DNA of 38,890 nt from an uncultured Aeromonadales bacterium (GCA_902796095.1 CADBNP010000125.1:1-38890); one strand, 5' to 3'. Shown: positions 27,149-36,540, counted from the first letter of the stretch. Program-made: numbers and translations. Notes: a model not told the origin generated them from the sequence alone.

Positions 27149-28579
27149 ATGACGATTCTGTCCTGCGTTCGCGGCATGCTCCTCGGGTTTTCTCTTCTTG
27201 TGCCCATGGAGACTTTTGCCATTGCTTCAATGACTGACTATTACACCTATGATTTTGACAGGCTTACTGAAACAGGTGTCATTCGTATTCTTGTTGTATA
27301 TGACGGTGTAAATTATTATTTTGTCGACGGTCATGAGGACGGCTTTGCCGTTGCAATGGGAAAAAAGCTCAAAGCCTATATCAATGACACATATCTGAAG
27401 GACAAGAAAGTTAAGATAGATGTCCAGTATGTACCTGTACGTTCAGACCAGATTTTTGCCATGCTGGACAAGGGTGTTGGTGATATAGCTGCAAGTTTTA
27501 TCGTTCCCACCCAGCGGCTCAAAAACGAGGTGGCTTTTACCGATCCGTTCATGACTGAACTTCAGGAACTGATTGTTACCAAGAGAAGTTCTCCGAAGAT
27601 CAGCAGTATCAAGGAACTTTCCGGCAGGAGCCTGTATATCAGGAAATCTTCAAAATCATATGAGACGCTGAGGGCTCTGAATATTGCTTTCAGAAGTATG
27701 AACTGGGCTCCGGTGAATATTGTTCTGGTTCAGGAGTCAATGCAGGATGCTGAACTGATTGAACGGGTGCAGAATAACGAAATTCCGGCCACTGTTGTCA
27801 GTTCTGCCCAGGCAAAGCTTTGGGAGCATGTTTTTGCAGGTATAAGAGTTCACACCGAGTTCCCGATCAGCAGTCACAATTCCATGAACTGGGCTGTCCG
27901 TTCCTTTAATTACCACCTTCTCAATGTTGTAAACAAGTTTGTGTCACTGTACAACCAGAATACAAAGGAGGGGAAAGCTCTTATTGCAACCTATTTCAGA
28001 CCGTTGGCAAATTCTGCGGTAACTCACAGTAAAAAGCAGAGTCTTGCAACCATGGGAATGAAATTCGAGGATTTTCAGCGTTTCAAGAATGTTTTTAAGA
28101 AATACGGAGAAATGTACGGTCTGGACTGGAGAATGCTTATGTCCCAGGCGTATCAGGAATCATCCTTCAATCCGAATGCAAGATCAAAAAAGGGTCCCGT
28201 AGGTCTGCTTCAGGTGTCTCCGTCCATGGCTCAGAACTTTCTGGTGGAATCGACGGATGAACTTCATACCGTAGACGGCAATGTCAAGGCTGCTACCAAG
28301 TATCTCAAGTACATAATTGATAATTATCTGAGTGACAGCTTTTATCTTGACAGTCAGAATCAGCTGGCTTTTGCTCTGGCATCTTACAATGCAGGTCCGG
28401 GACGTATCAGGTATTACCGTACTCTTGCTGAACGTCAGGGTATGGATCCCAATATCTGGTTTGGAAATGTGGAAAAAATTGTTGAGGAAAAGGGACTGAC
28501 AGAAACTGTTCTTTATGTTTCGTCAATTTTGAAAAGGTACAGAGCATTTGTTCAGTCAGAGCAGTCGGTCAGGAAGTAA
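27149..28579 (+). CDS. mltF: Membrane-bound lytic murein transglycosylase F-like protein (solute-binding-like domain plus SLT domain)
   Basis: A signal-like N-terminus is followed by an SBP_bac_3-like N-domain. The SLT catalytic block is SQAYQESSFNPNARSKKGPVGLLQV ... ALASYNAGPGR. Confidence 0.85.
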   Translation: MTILSCVRGMLLGFSLLVPMETFAIASMTDYYTYDFDRLTETGVIRILVVYDGVNYYFVDGHEDGFAVAMGKKLKAYINDTYLKDKKVKIDVQYVPVRSDQIFAMLDKGVGDIAASFIVPTQRLKNEVAFTDPFMTELQELIVTKRSSPKISSIKELSGRSLYIRKSSKSYETLRALNIAFRSMNWAPVNIVLVQESMQDAELIERVQNNEIPATVVSSAQAKLWEHVFAGIRVHTEFPISSHNSMNWAVRSFNYHLLNVVNKFVSLYNQNTKEGKALIATYFRPLANSAVTHSKKQSLATMGMKFEDFQRFKNVFKKYGEMYGLDWRMLMSQAYQESSFNPNARSKKGPVGLLQVSPSMAQNFLVESTDELHTVDGNVKAATKYLKYIIDNYLSDSFYLDSQNQLAFALASYNAGPGRIRYYRTLAERQGMDPNIWFGNVEKIVEEKGLTETVLYVSSILKRYRAFVQSEQSVRK

Positions 28580-28669
28580 AATCAGACAGCAGTCCGGAAG
28601 CAAAGGTGCCGTGACTGCAGACAAAGGGAAACGACGTCCCACTTTCCACAATTCGAGACTGGAACAGTG

Positions 28670-29506
28670 TCAGGCTGATGTCAGAATTTCTGCCAGTTCG
28701 TTGAGACCTTCGCCGGCTTTGTTGATCTGTTCCACCAGTTTTGAAGGATCTATGTCCAGTTTGCTGGTGATGCTGCTTGGAAAACGTTTTACTATAATGT
28801 CGGCAGGAACTCCTGCGTTTACGGCAAATTCAACAAAGATGGCCAGACGGATAATCAGAGCACCAGGATTAGGATCATCATATTCCATCGGGTTCAGGTG
28901 CTGCTCGGTGGAATGCACAAAAAACTCCGGCAACTTCCAGCGTCGTACCAGTTCGGCACCGAGCTGGCTGTAGTCATAGCCGATCATTTCCCGCTGCGCG
29001 TCAATTCTGCTGCATCCGCTGGCAACTGATGCGTTGATCAGTTCCGCTTCAGTCGGAAAGCACTGCTGAACGAGAAGTTCTCCTATATTGTGGATCAGAG
29101 CACAGGTGAAAGCTGTTTCTGGATCTATTTTTCTGGATTCCCTGGCAATACTTTTAGCCAGAGTCGCAATTTCAAAGGTGTTAATCCAAAACTGGTTTTT
29201 GTCAAAACTTTTCGGTGTTTTAAATGTGTTGTTCAGTGCTGTTGCCACCACAAGGGAGCTTACCTGCTTGAATCCGATGCGGATCACAGCCTGGTCAATG
29301 GATGTCACTTCGATGCCGCGGTTGTATACAACTGAATTTGCCATTTTCAGCACACGGGCAGAAATGCTCTGATCCATGGAAATCTTTTTTGCTATATCCT
29401 CGATTTTTGAGTTTTCGTTGGCAAAGTCCTGCATGAGCTCATGCAGCAGAGCTGGCATGGTAGGGAGCTGTTTTAATTTGCTGAATATATCGTCTAATGA
29501 TGACAT
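28670..29506 (-). CDS. HDOD domain-containing signalling protein
   Basis: LPTMPALLHELMQDF...ISMDQSISARVLKMANS...GFKQVSSLVVATA...ALIHNIGELL is a typical HDOD fold signature. I trimmed the start to the ATG at 29506, which follows AGGGG. The ORF-track start at 29698 adds 64 non-homologous residues. Confidence 0.8.
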   Translation of the reverse strand: MSSLDDIFSKLKQLPTMPALLHELMQDFANENSKIEDIAKKISMDQSISARVLKMANSVVYNRGIEVTSIDQAVIRIGFKQVSSLVVATALNNTFKTPKSFDKNQFWINTFEIATLAKSIARESRKIDPETAFTCALIHNIGELLVQQCFPTEAELINASVASGCSRIDAQREMIGYDYSQLGAELVRRWKLPEFFVHSTEQHLNPMEYDDPNPGALIIRLAIFVEFAVNAGVPADIIVKRFPSSITSKLDIDPSKLVEQINKAGEGLNELAEILTSA

Positions 29507-29900
29507 ACGAAACCCCTGTTGTGTGAAATATACACCTGATTGAGTTATATCTTTTCTATCGGCATATTGCAGGCTGAGAGCACCGAGTCGCAGTTTTGAA
29601 AGGGTACAGTTCAAAATTGCTCTGTACTTTGTGAAGTCCATTTCCCGTGAAGAAAACCGATATCGTCTTACTCTCATTAATTCTACTTGCAAATTCAATC
29701 TTCATCTAGTGTCTGTTGTCAAAAATCAGAGAAAAGTATCATGTGTTCAAATATTTGAGAAAACAATCTTTGATTTATTTCAGACTGTCGCATGGCGGAG
29801 TAATCCGCGAACGCCGAAGAATCTGACAATACACTGCCGCAGCGGAATAATCCGGTGCCTGCGGTAAAGTCATCGACAACCGGGCAGTTTTTTAATAAAT

Positions 29901-29930
29901 TTAAGCTGTTAAGCGGTTTTATGGTAAAAT
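29901..29930 (+). promoter_or_regulatory. Candidate extended -10 promoter for the Rrf2 regulator gene
   Basis: TTAAGC (29901-29906), an 18-nt spacer, then TGG-TAAAAT (29922-29930). This fits the TGn extended -10 pattern. Confidence 0.3.
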
Positions 29931-29974
29931 CCGTGATCGGTGTCTTCACTTTGTTTTGCGGATTATTTGTTTCC

Positions 29975-30005
29975 AATATCTGAAATTTCGTCCTGACCAG
30001 ATATT
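29975..30005. promoter_or_regulatory. Inverted repeat AATATCTG-N15-CAGATATT in the nsrR-like 5' region (candidate operator)
   Basis: The exact 8-bp arms lie at 29975-29982 and 29998-30005, between the candidate promoter and the ATG at 30087. Confidence 0.3.
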
Positions 30006-30086
30006 TTAGAGGAATATTCGGACAGTGCAGCAGGTTCATATCGTACGACTGCTGTGGGAATAGGTTATTGCAGTAAGGACTCTCGT

Positions 30087-30548
30087 ATGCAGTTTACATT
30101 GTTTACTGACTATTCTTTGAGATCTCTGGTTTTTATCGCTCTGAAATCAGAGAACACCGATACGCTGGTCACTATTCGCGATATATCAAGTGAACTGAAT
30201 ATTTCAAATAATCATATTGTTAAGGTGATCCACAATCTAAGCAAGCACGGCTTTATTGAAACAACAAGAGGCAATCACGGCGGAGTCAGACTTTCCAGAT
30301 CGCCTTCAGAGATTAATCTCGGGGAAGTGATATCGGTTACGGAGAATTTCTCCTGTATGCTGCACTGTGAACATAATGACTGCTGCTTTCATGCCGTATG
30401 TCTTTTTCAGGGTATTATGCACCGGGCGGCACAGGCAATGCTGAAGGAGATATCCGGGCATACGCTGGCAGATCTTCTCAAGGAGAGGGAACGTCTTAAT
30501 CAGGCCCTTGAGACATCTACTGCATCGCCAACAGTGTCAGCATCATAG
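30087..30548 (+). CDS. nsrR: Rrf2-family [Fe-S] transcriptional regulator, NsrR-like
   Basis: MQFTLFTDYSLRSLVFIA..ISNNHIVKVIHNLSKHGFIETTRGNHGGVRL parallels the E. coli NsrR N-terminus. The Cys ligand spacing C-x4-C-x5-C (CEHNDC-CFHAVC) is conserved. The ATG at 30087 follows AAGGA, and the ORF-track start at 30054 is GTG. Confidence 0.7.
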   Translation: MQFTLFTDYSLRSLVFIALKSENTDTLVTIRDISSELNISNNHIVKVIHNLSKHGFIETTRGNHGGVRLSRSPSEINLGEVISVTENFSCMLHCEHNDCCFHAVCLFQGIMHRAAQAMLKEISGHTLADLLKERERLNQALETSTASPTVSAS

Positions 30549-30594
30549 AGCTGTTCATCTTTTTTCTGAACTCAGAACTGTTATTCCTCTTTGC

Positions 30595-32052
30595 TTATTT
30601 TGCACCTATTCTCCAGAACATCGGTACTATCAGTACCATGACCGTAAGAATTTCGACACGTCCGCAGAGCATATCAAAGCACAGCATCCATTTGGACAGT
30701 GACGGCAGCTGACCGTAGCAGCCGGAAACAACTTCAGGGGAACCATAGGAAGGACCCACATTGGAAATCGCGGACAGAGACGATGTTATTGCCACCACCA
30801 CATCAACATTTTCTACAGCCAGAACCATGCTGCTGGCGATAAGCAGAAAAATATAACTCAGCATAAAGGCCACAACTGATCTTATCAGAGCGTCATCAAT
30901 GCGATGTCCCTGATATGTCTGTGCCACAATGGCATTTGGATGGAGAAGCTCCTGACACTGCTTGCGGAAAAGAATATCTATAATCTGAAATCTGAAAAAC
31001 TTGATTCCGCCCGATGTGCTTCCGGAGCAGCCTCCGATTGGAAGAATAATAAGGATAATCAGAGTTGCGAGAGCACTCCAGGAGCTCCAGTCGCCGATGG
31101 AAAAACCGGAGGTGGTGATAATTGAGACCACATTGAATATTGAGTATCTCAGAGATTCCTCAAAGTTAAGAGCCTTGGAAAAATACAGAACCGATGCGAG
31201 CACTATGCTCATTATCAGTATAAATTTTATATAGCCCCAGACCTGCTGGTTTTTAAGCAGAATAGACGGATCATGACGTTTGATGCTTTTGGCAAAAAGC
31301 ATGAACGGGAAACTTCCGGCAAGCATAAAGGTAATGCATACCCACTGTGCATTCGGAGAAAAGAATGCCATGGAGGAATCGTGAGTGGAAAATCCGCCGG
31401 TTGCCGTTGTTGTAAAAGCGTGGCATACGGCATCAAAGAGATTCATGTCGCACAGGCAGAAGCATCCGCAGCAGAGCACGGTCAGGACAACGTATATGAA
31501 TATGATGTTTTTTGCAATTGTGGTTGCCTTTGGAGTGTCTTTATTTTTTTCTGACGCTTCGGACTGGAACAGTTTCATACCACCGACGTTGAGTTTCGGG
31601 AGCAGAGCAACAGCAATTACAACGAATCCTACACCTCCAATCCACTGCAGCATGGATCGCCAGAGCAGAATGGAGGGTGGAAGGGCGTCGAGATTTGAGA
31701 AAACAGTGCCTCCGAACGTGGTGAGGCCGGACATGGTTTCAAAAAAGGCATCGGTAAAACTGCATTCAAGCAGAAAGTAAAAGGGCAGAGCCGCAAACGT
31801 ACTGTCCACTATCCATATGATGCAGGTAATAAGAAAAATATCCCTTGTCTGAAATTCAAAACTTGTCTTAACCCCGGGGCGCATGAAAAATATGCTGGGT
31901 ATTCCCGCAAGCATTATGGCGGAGAGAAATTCTATATAGCCGGATGTTTCTGTTGCAAGTGCATATATAAACGGGATGAGCATGAGTGTTACAACTTTTG
32001 AAGTGGATGCACCTATAATGAATAGAATTGAATTCAGTCTGATCCTGTCCAC
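30595..32052 (-). CDS. trkH: Trk-system potassium uptake protein TrkH
   Basis: The 485-aa polytopic protein has the repeated M1-P-M2 selectivity-filter motifs (TTFGG, TATGGFS, TTSGFS, STSGGIK). The GTG start overlaps the trkA TAG stop by 1 nt. Confidence 0.92.
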   Translation of the reverse strand: MDRIRLNSILFIIGASTSKVVTLMLIPFIYALATETSGYIEFLSAIMLAGIPSIFFMRPGVKTSFEFQTRDIFLITCIIWIVDSTFAALPFYFLLECSFTDAFFETMSGLTTFGGTVFSNLDALPPSILLWRSMLQWIGGVGFVVIAVALLPKLNVGGMKLFQSEASEKNKDTPKATTIAKNIIFIYVVLTVLCCGCFCLCDMNLFDAVCHAFTTTATGGFSTHDSSMAFFSPNAQWVCITFMLAGSFPFMLFAKSIKRHDPSILLKNQQVWGYIKFILIMSIVLASVLYFSKALNFEESLRYSIFNVVSIITTSGFSIGDWSSWSALATLIILIILPIGGCSGSTSGGIKFFRFQIIDILFRKQCQELLHPNAIVAQTYQGHRIDDALIRSVVAFMLSYIFLLIASSMVLAVENVDVVVAITSSLSAISNVGPSYGSPEVVSGCYGQLPSLSKWMLCFDMLCGRVEILTVMVLIVPMFWRIGAK

Positions 32053-33419
32053 TATGCTTCTCCAGGCTGTACGAGTTTTTCGATTTCCTTAATGTGATTT
32101 TTGTTTGTAAGAAAAATCACCATCGTGTCGCCGTCTTCAATAATCCGGTCGTTGCAGTTTATATAGGATATGCCGTTATGCATCAGAGCGCAGATTGAAG
32201 TTCCCAGCGGCAGTTTTACCTCGGATACCCTCTTGCCAACCAGAAGAGATGAGCCGGGAGTCCCGTGCACAACTATTTCCATGGCTTCAGACAGTCCCAG
32301 CCTCATGGAGTATACCTGCTTGATTTCTGCATGACGGATGAATGTCAGAAGGGCGGAAAGCGTTGAAAGTTCCGGACTGATGGTTACATCTATGTTCTGC
32401 GAGCATACTCCGAGGAATTCCTTGTGCTGAATAGTGACTCCGGTCTTTTTTGCTCCCATGCTGGCAGCCATCATGGCCGATGTAATATTGTTCTTGTCAT
32501 CACTTGACACCGCTATGAAAAAGTCAGTCTTATCGATCTGTTCAGATTCAAACAGCTCCTGAAGAGAGTTTTCTTCGTGGAGCACCATTGTGTTGGTCAG
32601 CTCCTGGGCCAGATGCTCGGCAAGTTCCCGGTTTGATTCTATGAGTTTTACTCTGTACTTTTTTTCAAGTTCTCTTGCCAGAGAATAACCTATGACACCT
32701 CCGCCGTATATCATTATTCTGCGGTAAGGATTTTCCAGATTCTGAAGCAGACTCATAACCTCGCGAATATGGGTTGTATCAGTTATGAAATAAACATCGT
32801 CACCGGCTTCTATAACGGTTCCCGGAACTATCTGTATTGATCTGCCGTTGCGGAAAATACCGACGAAGTTTACATCAACATAGTTCAGAAGATCCTTTAC
32901 TGTTGACAGCTGGTTTCCGACCAGGGAGCCGCCGTAAAATGCTGTCACCTGTATGAGTGAGACGTGCATATCAGCGAATTCAAAAAGACCCTTGGCTCCG
33001 GGATACTCAATAATCTTGACGATGTGATGCGATACCAGATATTCGGGTGATATCACCTCATCAATGTCGATGGCGTCCGGTTTGAACAGTTCATCTTTTT
33101 CTACGAGATAGGCTTCGGATCTGATGCGGGCTACTTTGGTGGGAATGTGATAAAGAGATGATGCAATCTGGCAGGCGATGATATTCTGTTCGTCGCTTGC
33201 AGAAACAGCTGCCAGCATATCGGCATCCTGTGCTCCGGCCTCGAACAGTACCTCGGGATAGCAGGGCGTTCCGCACACGACTCTGAGATCGCACTGTCTG
33301 CTTAATTCCTCCAGATTTTCCTTGCGGCTATCGATGACTGTAACCTCATGGCTTTCCTCCACAAGACTTTTGGCCAGAGCGGATCCTACAGTTCCTGCAC
33401 CGATAATTATAATTTTCAC
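32052..33419 (-). CDS. trkA: Trk-system NAD-binding component TrkA
   Basis: There are two Rossmann repeats, MKIIIIGAGTVGSALA and IMIYGGGVIGYSLA, each followed by a TrkA_C region. The protein is 455 aa. Confidence 0.95.
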   Translation of the reverse strand: MKIIIIGAGTVGSALAKSLVEESHEVTVIDSRKENLEELSRQCDLRVVCGTPCYPEVLFEAGAQDADMLAAVSASDEQNIIACQIASSLYHIPTKVARIRSEAYLVEKDELFKPDAIDIDEVISPEYLVSHHIVKIIEYPGAKGLFEFADMHVSLIQVTAFYGGSLVGNQLSTVKDLLNYVDVNFVGIFRNGRSIQIVPGTVIEAGDDVYFITDTTHIREVMSLLQNLENPYRRIMIYGGGVIGYSLARELEKKYRVKLIESNRELAEHLAQELTNTMVLHEENSLQELFESEQIDKTDFFIAVSSDDKNNITSAMMAASMGAKKTGVTIQHKEFLGVCSQNIDVTISPELSTLSALLTFIRHAEIKQVYSMRLGLSEAMEIVVHGTPGSSLLVGKRVSEVKLPLGTSICALMHNGISYINCNDRIIEDGDTMVIFLTNKNHIKEIEKLVQPGEA

Positions 33420-33485
33420 CGGAAAACCTCCATCTTTATGCCGGCCTGCCCGAACTCAACATCATCAGAATCACAGCGGTTCCTC

Positions 33486-34742
33486 TCATTTCTTTCTTAT
33501 TTTGGCGTAAAAGAAACCGTCGCGTCCGTCAGCTCCAGGAATATGCTGGCTTTCCGGAAGCATCTCCTGCTCCGCATCATCTCTGTGCCGATACAGAAAA
33601 TCATTGATCTGGATCTGATTCTCCTCCCGGAGCAGTGAGCAGGTGGTATACATCAGAACGCCACCTTTTCTGAGAAGTGGCCAGAGTGCCTCAAGCATGT
33701 CTTTCTGGGTTTTCGCCAGTTCAGAGATATCCTTTTCGTTTCTTACGAATTTTATATCCGGATGGCGGCGGATAACTCCGGTTCCGGAACACGGTGCATC
33801 CAGAAGTATTCTGTCGTAGGGCCTATGATCCCACCACTCTTCCGGACTGGTGGCTGAACCCTGAAGAATCTTAAGAGTGATGCCTCTGATTTTAAGATTT
33901 TCGCCGAGTCTTTTCAGTCTTGCCGGATTAACGTCCAGTGCAGTCACATCTGAACGTCCCCCGGTTTTTTCAATTATGTGTATTGTCTTGCCGCCAGGTG
34001 CCGCACAGGCGTCGAGTATGCGCTCGTTTTCCTGCGGATCCATATATATAACGGCAAGCTGTGCCGATGCATCCTGTATGTAGCACAGTCCATCGGACAT
34101 CCCAGGAAGAAGAGACGGAGGATATGTCTGAGCCAGACGTATGCATGACGGCTCGATTATGGAATCGACTTCAATACCGGCTTCCTTCAGCTGTCCAGCG
34201 TAGCTGTCAAGACTCGTCCTGGTGAGATCAACTCTCAGCCACATGACCGGTTTCTCGTTTCCTGCGGTCAGAACATCACGGTAGTTTCCCGGATAGTCTT
34301 TTTTGATGCGTTTGTACAGCCATTTCGGATATGCGTACCGCTCGTGCTCCTTCTGTATAAGCTTGTCAGGGTTGAAATCGGTGTCCAGAGCTCTGTGAAG
34401 TACGGCATTGATAAAGCCGGTACAGCTGCCTAGCTTCAGTTCCCTGGCTGCATTGACAGTTTCGCTTACTGCTGCATAGTGTGGAATGGAGGTATGGAGA
34501 ATCTGGTATAAACCGCAGGCGATAAGACTCTCCAGCAGTGTTCCGGATACGGATTTCGGATCATGAGACATAACTGCAGCAATGACTCTCAGCCTGACAT
34601 ACTGGCGGAGAGTTCCAAGCACAAGTTCCTGCAGGAGCGCACGATCCTGTGCCGACATGGCTTCATCACCGAATTTCAGCTGAGAATGATTTTTTGTCAC
34701 CTGATGTACTATCTTGGCTGCTTTGGCCCGGACACTAATCAT
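33486..34742 (-). CDS. rsmB: 16S rRNA (cytosine967-C5)-methyltransferase
   Basis: A NusB-like N-domain is followed by ILDACAAPGGKT, LLDAPCSGTGVIRRHPDIK, YTTCS and a C-terminal DGFFYAKIRKK. The start overlaps the fmt stop as ATGA. Confidence 0.93.
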   Translation of the reverse strand: MISVRAKAAKIVHQVTKNHSQLKFGDEAMSAQDRALLQELVLGTLRQYVRLRVIAAVMSHDPKSVSGTLLESLIACGLYQILHTSIPHYAAVSETVNAARELKLGSCTGFINAVLHRALDTDFNPDKLIQKEHERYAYPKWLYKRIKKDYPGNYRDVLTAGNEKPVMWLRVDLTRTSLDSYAGQLKEAGIEVDSIIEPSCIRLAQTYPPSLLPGMSDGLCYIQDASAQLAVIYMDPQENERILDACAAPGGKTIHIIEKTGGRSDVTALDVNPARLKRLGENLKIRGITLKILQGSATSPEEWWDHRPYDRILLDAPCSGTGVIRRHPDIKFVRNEKDISELAKTQKDMLEALWPLLRKGGVLMYTTCSLLREENQIQINDFLYRHRDDAEQEMLPESQHIPGADGRDGFFYAKIRKK

Positions 34743-35689
34743 GTCAGAAGTGTTCCCGCTTTAAATAAATCCCGGTGCCCGTTCAGAACATCAGCCACCT
34801 TTGTCGGCTTTTTACCGGCGAACTGAAGCTGTTTTATGACGAGCACTCCATTTCCCGTGGCTACGTGTATGCCTGATTTGTCGGCTGAAATCACCGTGCC
34901 CGGCGGTGCGGAAGTTTCCTCACTGGAAACAGCGGCCTGATGAACCTTTAATATTTCATTCCCTATTTTAAAATTTGCCACAGGCCACGGAATGTAGGTA
35001 CGGATCCTTCGTGATATCTGATCTGCAGACTCCGAGAAATCTATTTTAGCCTCTTCTCTGGTGATTTTCTCTGCATAGCAGGCCAGGGAATCATTCTGGG
35101 GGGTTTCCTCGACCCGATCCTCGGCAATCATCTCAAGAGCTTCAAGAAGTGCGGAGCATCCGAGAGGAACCAGACGGGTGAAAAGACTTTCTGATGTGTC
35201 GGTATCGAGAATATCAATGGTCTTGGTATGGATTATATTGCCGGTATCCAGTCCTTCATTCATTTTCATTACTGTAATCCCGGTGGTTCTGTCACCATTG
35301 AAAATAGAGCGCTGGATCGGGGCGGCGCCTCTGTATTTTGGAAGAAGAGAGCCGTGAATGTTTATGCATCCGTACTCAGGCAAATCAAGAACGGTTTTCG
35401 GGAGAATGACTCCGTATGCCACCACGACCAGCACATCCGGTTTTAGTGCGGCAAGCTGATCGACATCTTCCTGATTCCTGAAATTAGCCGGCTGAAAAAC
35501 AGTTATGTTGTGAGAAAGAGCCAGTTCCTTTACCGGTGAAGCCGTTATCTTCTGTCCCCGTCCGGATATTTTGTCCTGTCTTGTATACACTCCAATCACG
35601 TTGCAGTCGTGAGCCAGCAGCGCACTGAGATGTTCAGCCGCAAAGTCCGGTGTCCCGGCAAATACTATGCGTAAATTTTTAACTGGCAC
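34739..35689 (-). CDS. fmt: Methionyl-tRNA formyltransferase
   Basis: RIVFAGTPDFAA, NIHGSLLPKYRGAAPIQ and 316 aa. The gene overlaps the def 3' end by 11 nt. Confidence 0.96.
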   Translation of the reverse strand: MPVKNLRIVFAGTPDFAAEHLSALLAHDCNVIGVYTRQDKISGRGQKITASPVKELALSHNITVFQPANFRNQEDVDQLAALKPDVLVVVAYGVILPKTVLDLPEYGCINIHGSLLPKYRGAAPIQRSIFNGDRTTGITVMKMNEGLDTGNIIHTKTIDILDTDTSESLFTRLVPLGCSALLEALEMIAEDRVEETPQNDSLACYAEKITREEAKIDFSESADQISRRIRTYIPWPVANFKIGNEILKVHQAAVSSEETSAPPGTVISADKSGIHVATGNGVLVIKQLQFAGKKPTKVADVLNGHRDLFKAGTLLT

Positions 35690-36206
35690 TTTCGGCTCTC
35701 CTTTTGTAGCGCTCGTATTTAGACAACTTTTTGTCGTACAGACTGCGCTTCAGTGTGGAGAGGTGATCAATAAACAGTTTTCCCTGGAGATGGTCTATTT
35801 CATGCTGAAGACAGATCGCGAGGAGTTCGTCTGTTGCATCGATAGTGTACGGTTCGCCCTTCTCGTTAAAGCATTCGACAATGACGTGCGCCGCTCTTTC
35901 CACTTTGGCTCGGTAGTCAAGAGGCACGGACAGACAACCTTCGTCAATGGAGGCACTTCCTTCCTTCAGAGTGATTTTTGGATTGATGACAACCTTCTGA
36001 TCTGATTTGTCCTCTGTCAGATCCACAACTATGATCTGCTTGTGGATATCAATCTGGGGAGCGGCAAGACCGATGCCGGATGCTGTGTACATGGTTTCAA
36101 ACATATCTTCAACCAGTTGTCTCAGTTTTTCGTCAAATTCAGTAACAGGCTTGGAAGGAATGCGAAGTCGCGGGTTCGGATATTCTACTACTTTGTAAAT
36201 TGTCAT
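35679..36206 (-). CDS. def: Peptide deformylase
   Basis: The three PDF motifs are present: GIGLAAPQ, EGCLSVP and HEIDHLQG. The protein is 175 aa. Confidence 0.96.
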   Translation of the reverse strand: MTIYKVVEYPNPRLRIPSKPVTEFDEKLRQLVEDMFETMYTASGIGLAAPQIDIHKQIIVVDLTEDKSDQKVVINPKITLKEGSASIDEGCLSVPLDYRAKVERAAHVIVECFNEKGEPYTIDATDELLAICLQHEIDHLQGKLFIDHLSTLKRSLYDKKLSKYERYKRRAESAS

Positions 36207-36227
36207 TTGTGTTCCGTGAGCTAATCA

Positions 36228-36256
36228 AATATGGTGAATGAAGGTTATTTTAACAA
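36228..36256 (-). promoter_or_regulatory. Candidate sigma70 promoter for def-fmt-rsmB
   Basis: The minus strand reads TTGTTA (36256-36251), a 17-nt spacer, then CATATT (36233-36228), about 20 nt upstream of the def ATG. The call is by eye only. Confidence 0.3.
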
Positions 36257-36277
36257 AAAAATAGATCGGTACATAAT
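36250..36277 (+). promoter_or_regulatory. Candidate sigma70 promoter embedded in repeat copy A
   Basis: TTAACA (36250-36255), a 16-nt spacer, then CATAAT (36272-36277). Its -35 element overlaps back-to-back with the putative def -35. Confidence 0.35.
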
Positions 36278-36318
36278 AGTTGAATTGACAGACACCGGAG
36301 GCATTTCTGGATTTATCA
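36264..36318 (+). repeat. Intergenic direct repeat, copy A (about 55 nt)
   Basis: GATCGGTACATAAT is identical to 36527-36540. The following 41 nt align to copy C with 28 matches and 1 gap by hand (...GACAGA-AC-G-AG-CATT-C-GG-TTTATCA). Confidence 0.7.
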
Positions 36319-36358
36319 GGTTATCAACAGTTCTCCGGACAGACAGTAGTGATGGATG

Positions 36359-36380
36359 CGGTGAAAAATATTTTTCACCG
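36359..36380. repeat. Perfect 22-bp palindrome CGGTGAAAAATATTTTTCACCG
   Basis: The first 11 nt (36359-36369) are the exact reverse complement of the last 11 (36370-36380). No T-tract follows on either strand. Confidence 0.8.
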
Positions 36381-36497
36381 GGTTAAAAAGCATCTAAACC
36401 GTTCAGGTCGAAGAACTGGCGTAATATGCCGCAGCGGCAGGTGCTGCGGGGTGGTGTCGGACTCATAAATGACCCAACTGTCGAAAAATCAAAAATG

Positions 36498-36513
36498 TAG
36501 ATCGCTACGCAAT
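36498..36513 (+). repeat. Partial, degenerate third copy of the repeat head (copy B)
   Basis: TAGATCGCTACGCAAT matches TAGATCGGTACATAAT at 13 of 16 positions. Both follow an A-rich run (CAAAAA). Confidence 0.4.
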
Positions 36514-36540
36514 TGAGAGAAGGCAGGATCGGTACATAAT
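36513..36540 (+). promoter_or_regulatory. Candidate sigma70 promoter embedded in repeat copy C
   Basis: TTGAGA (36513-36518), a 16-nt spacer, then CATAAT (36535-36540). The geometry is the same as in copy A. Confidence 0.35.

Noticed and set aside
29719-30039. A 106-aa minus-strand ORF, together with the overlapping 78-aa plus-strand ORF at 29631-29867, in the HDOD/nsrR spacer
   Set aside because: They have no ribosome-binding sites and no recognisable motifs. They are mutually overlapping on opposite strands and contain the hairpin/promoter elements. I treated them as non-coding.
30340-30400. An apparently unusual five-cysteine cluster in the Rrf2 regulator
   Set aside because: On alignment, the canonical NsrR ligand spacing C-x4-C-x5-C is intact (CEHNDC-CFHAVC). 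The extra cysteines are incidental.
36321-36329. A DnaA-box-like TTATCAACA in the long def/LysM spacer
   Set aside because: It is a single 8-of-9 match with a mismatch at a conserved C. There is no cluster of boxes, no AT-rich 13-mers, and the gene context is wrong for oriC.
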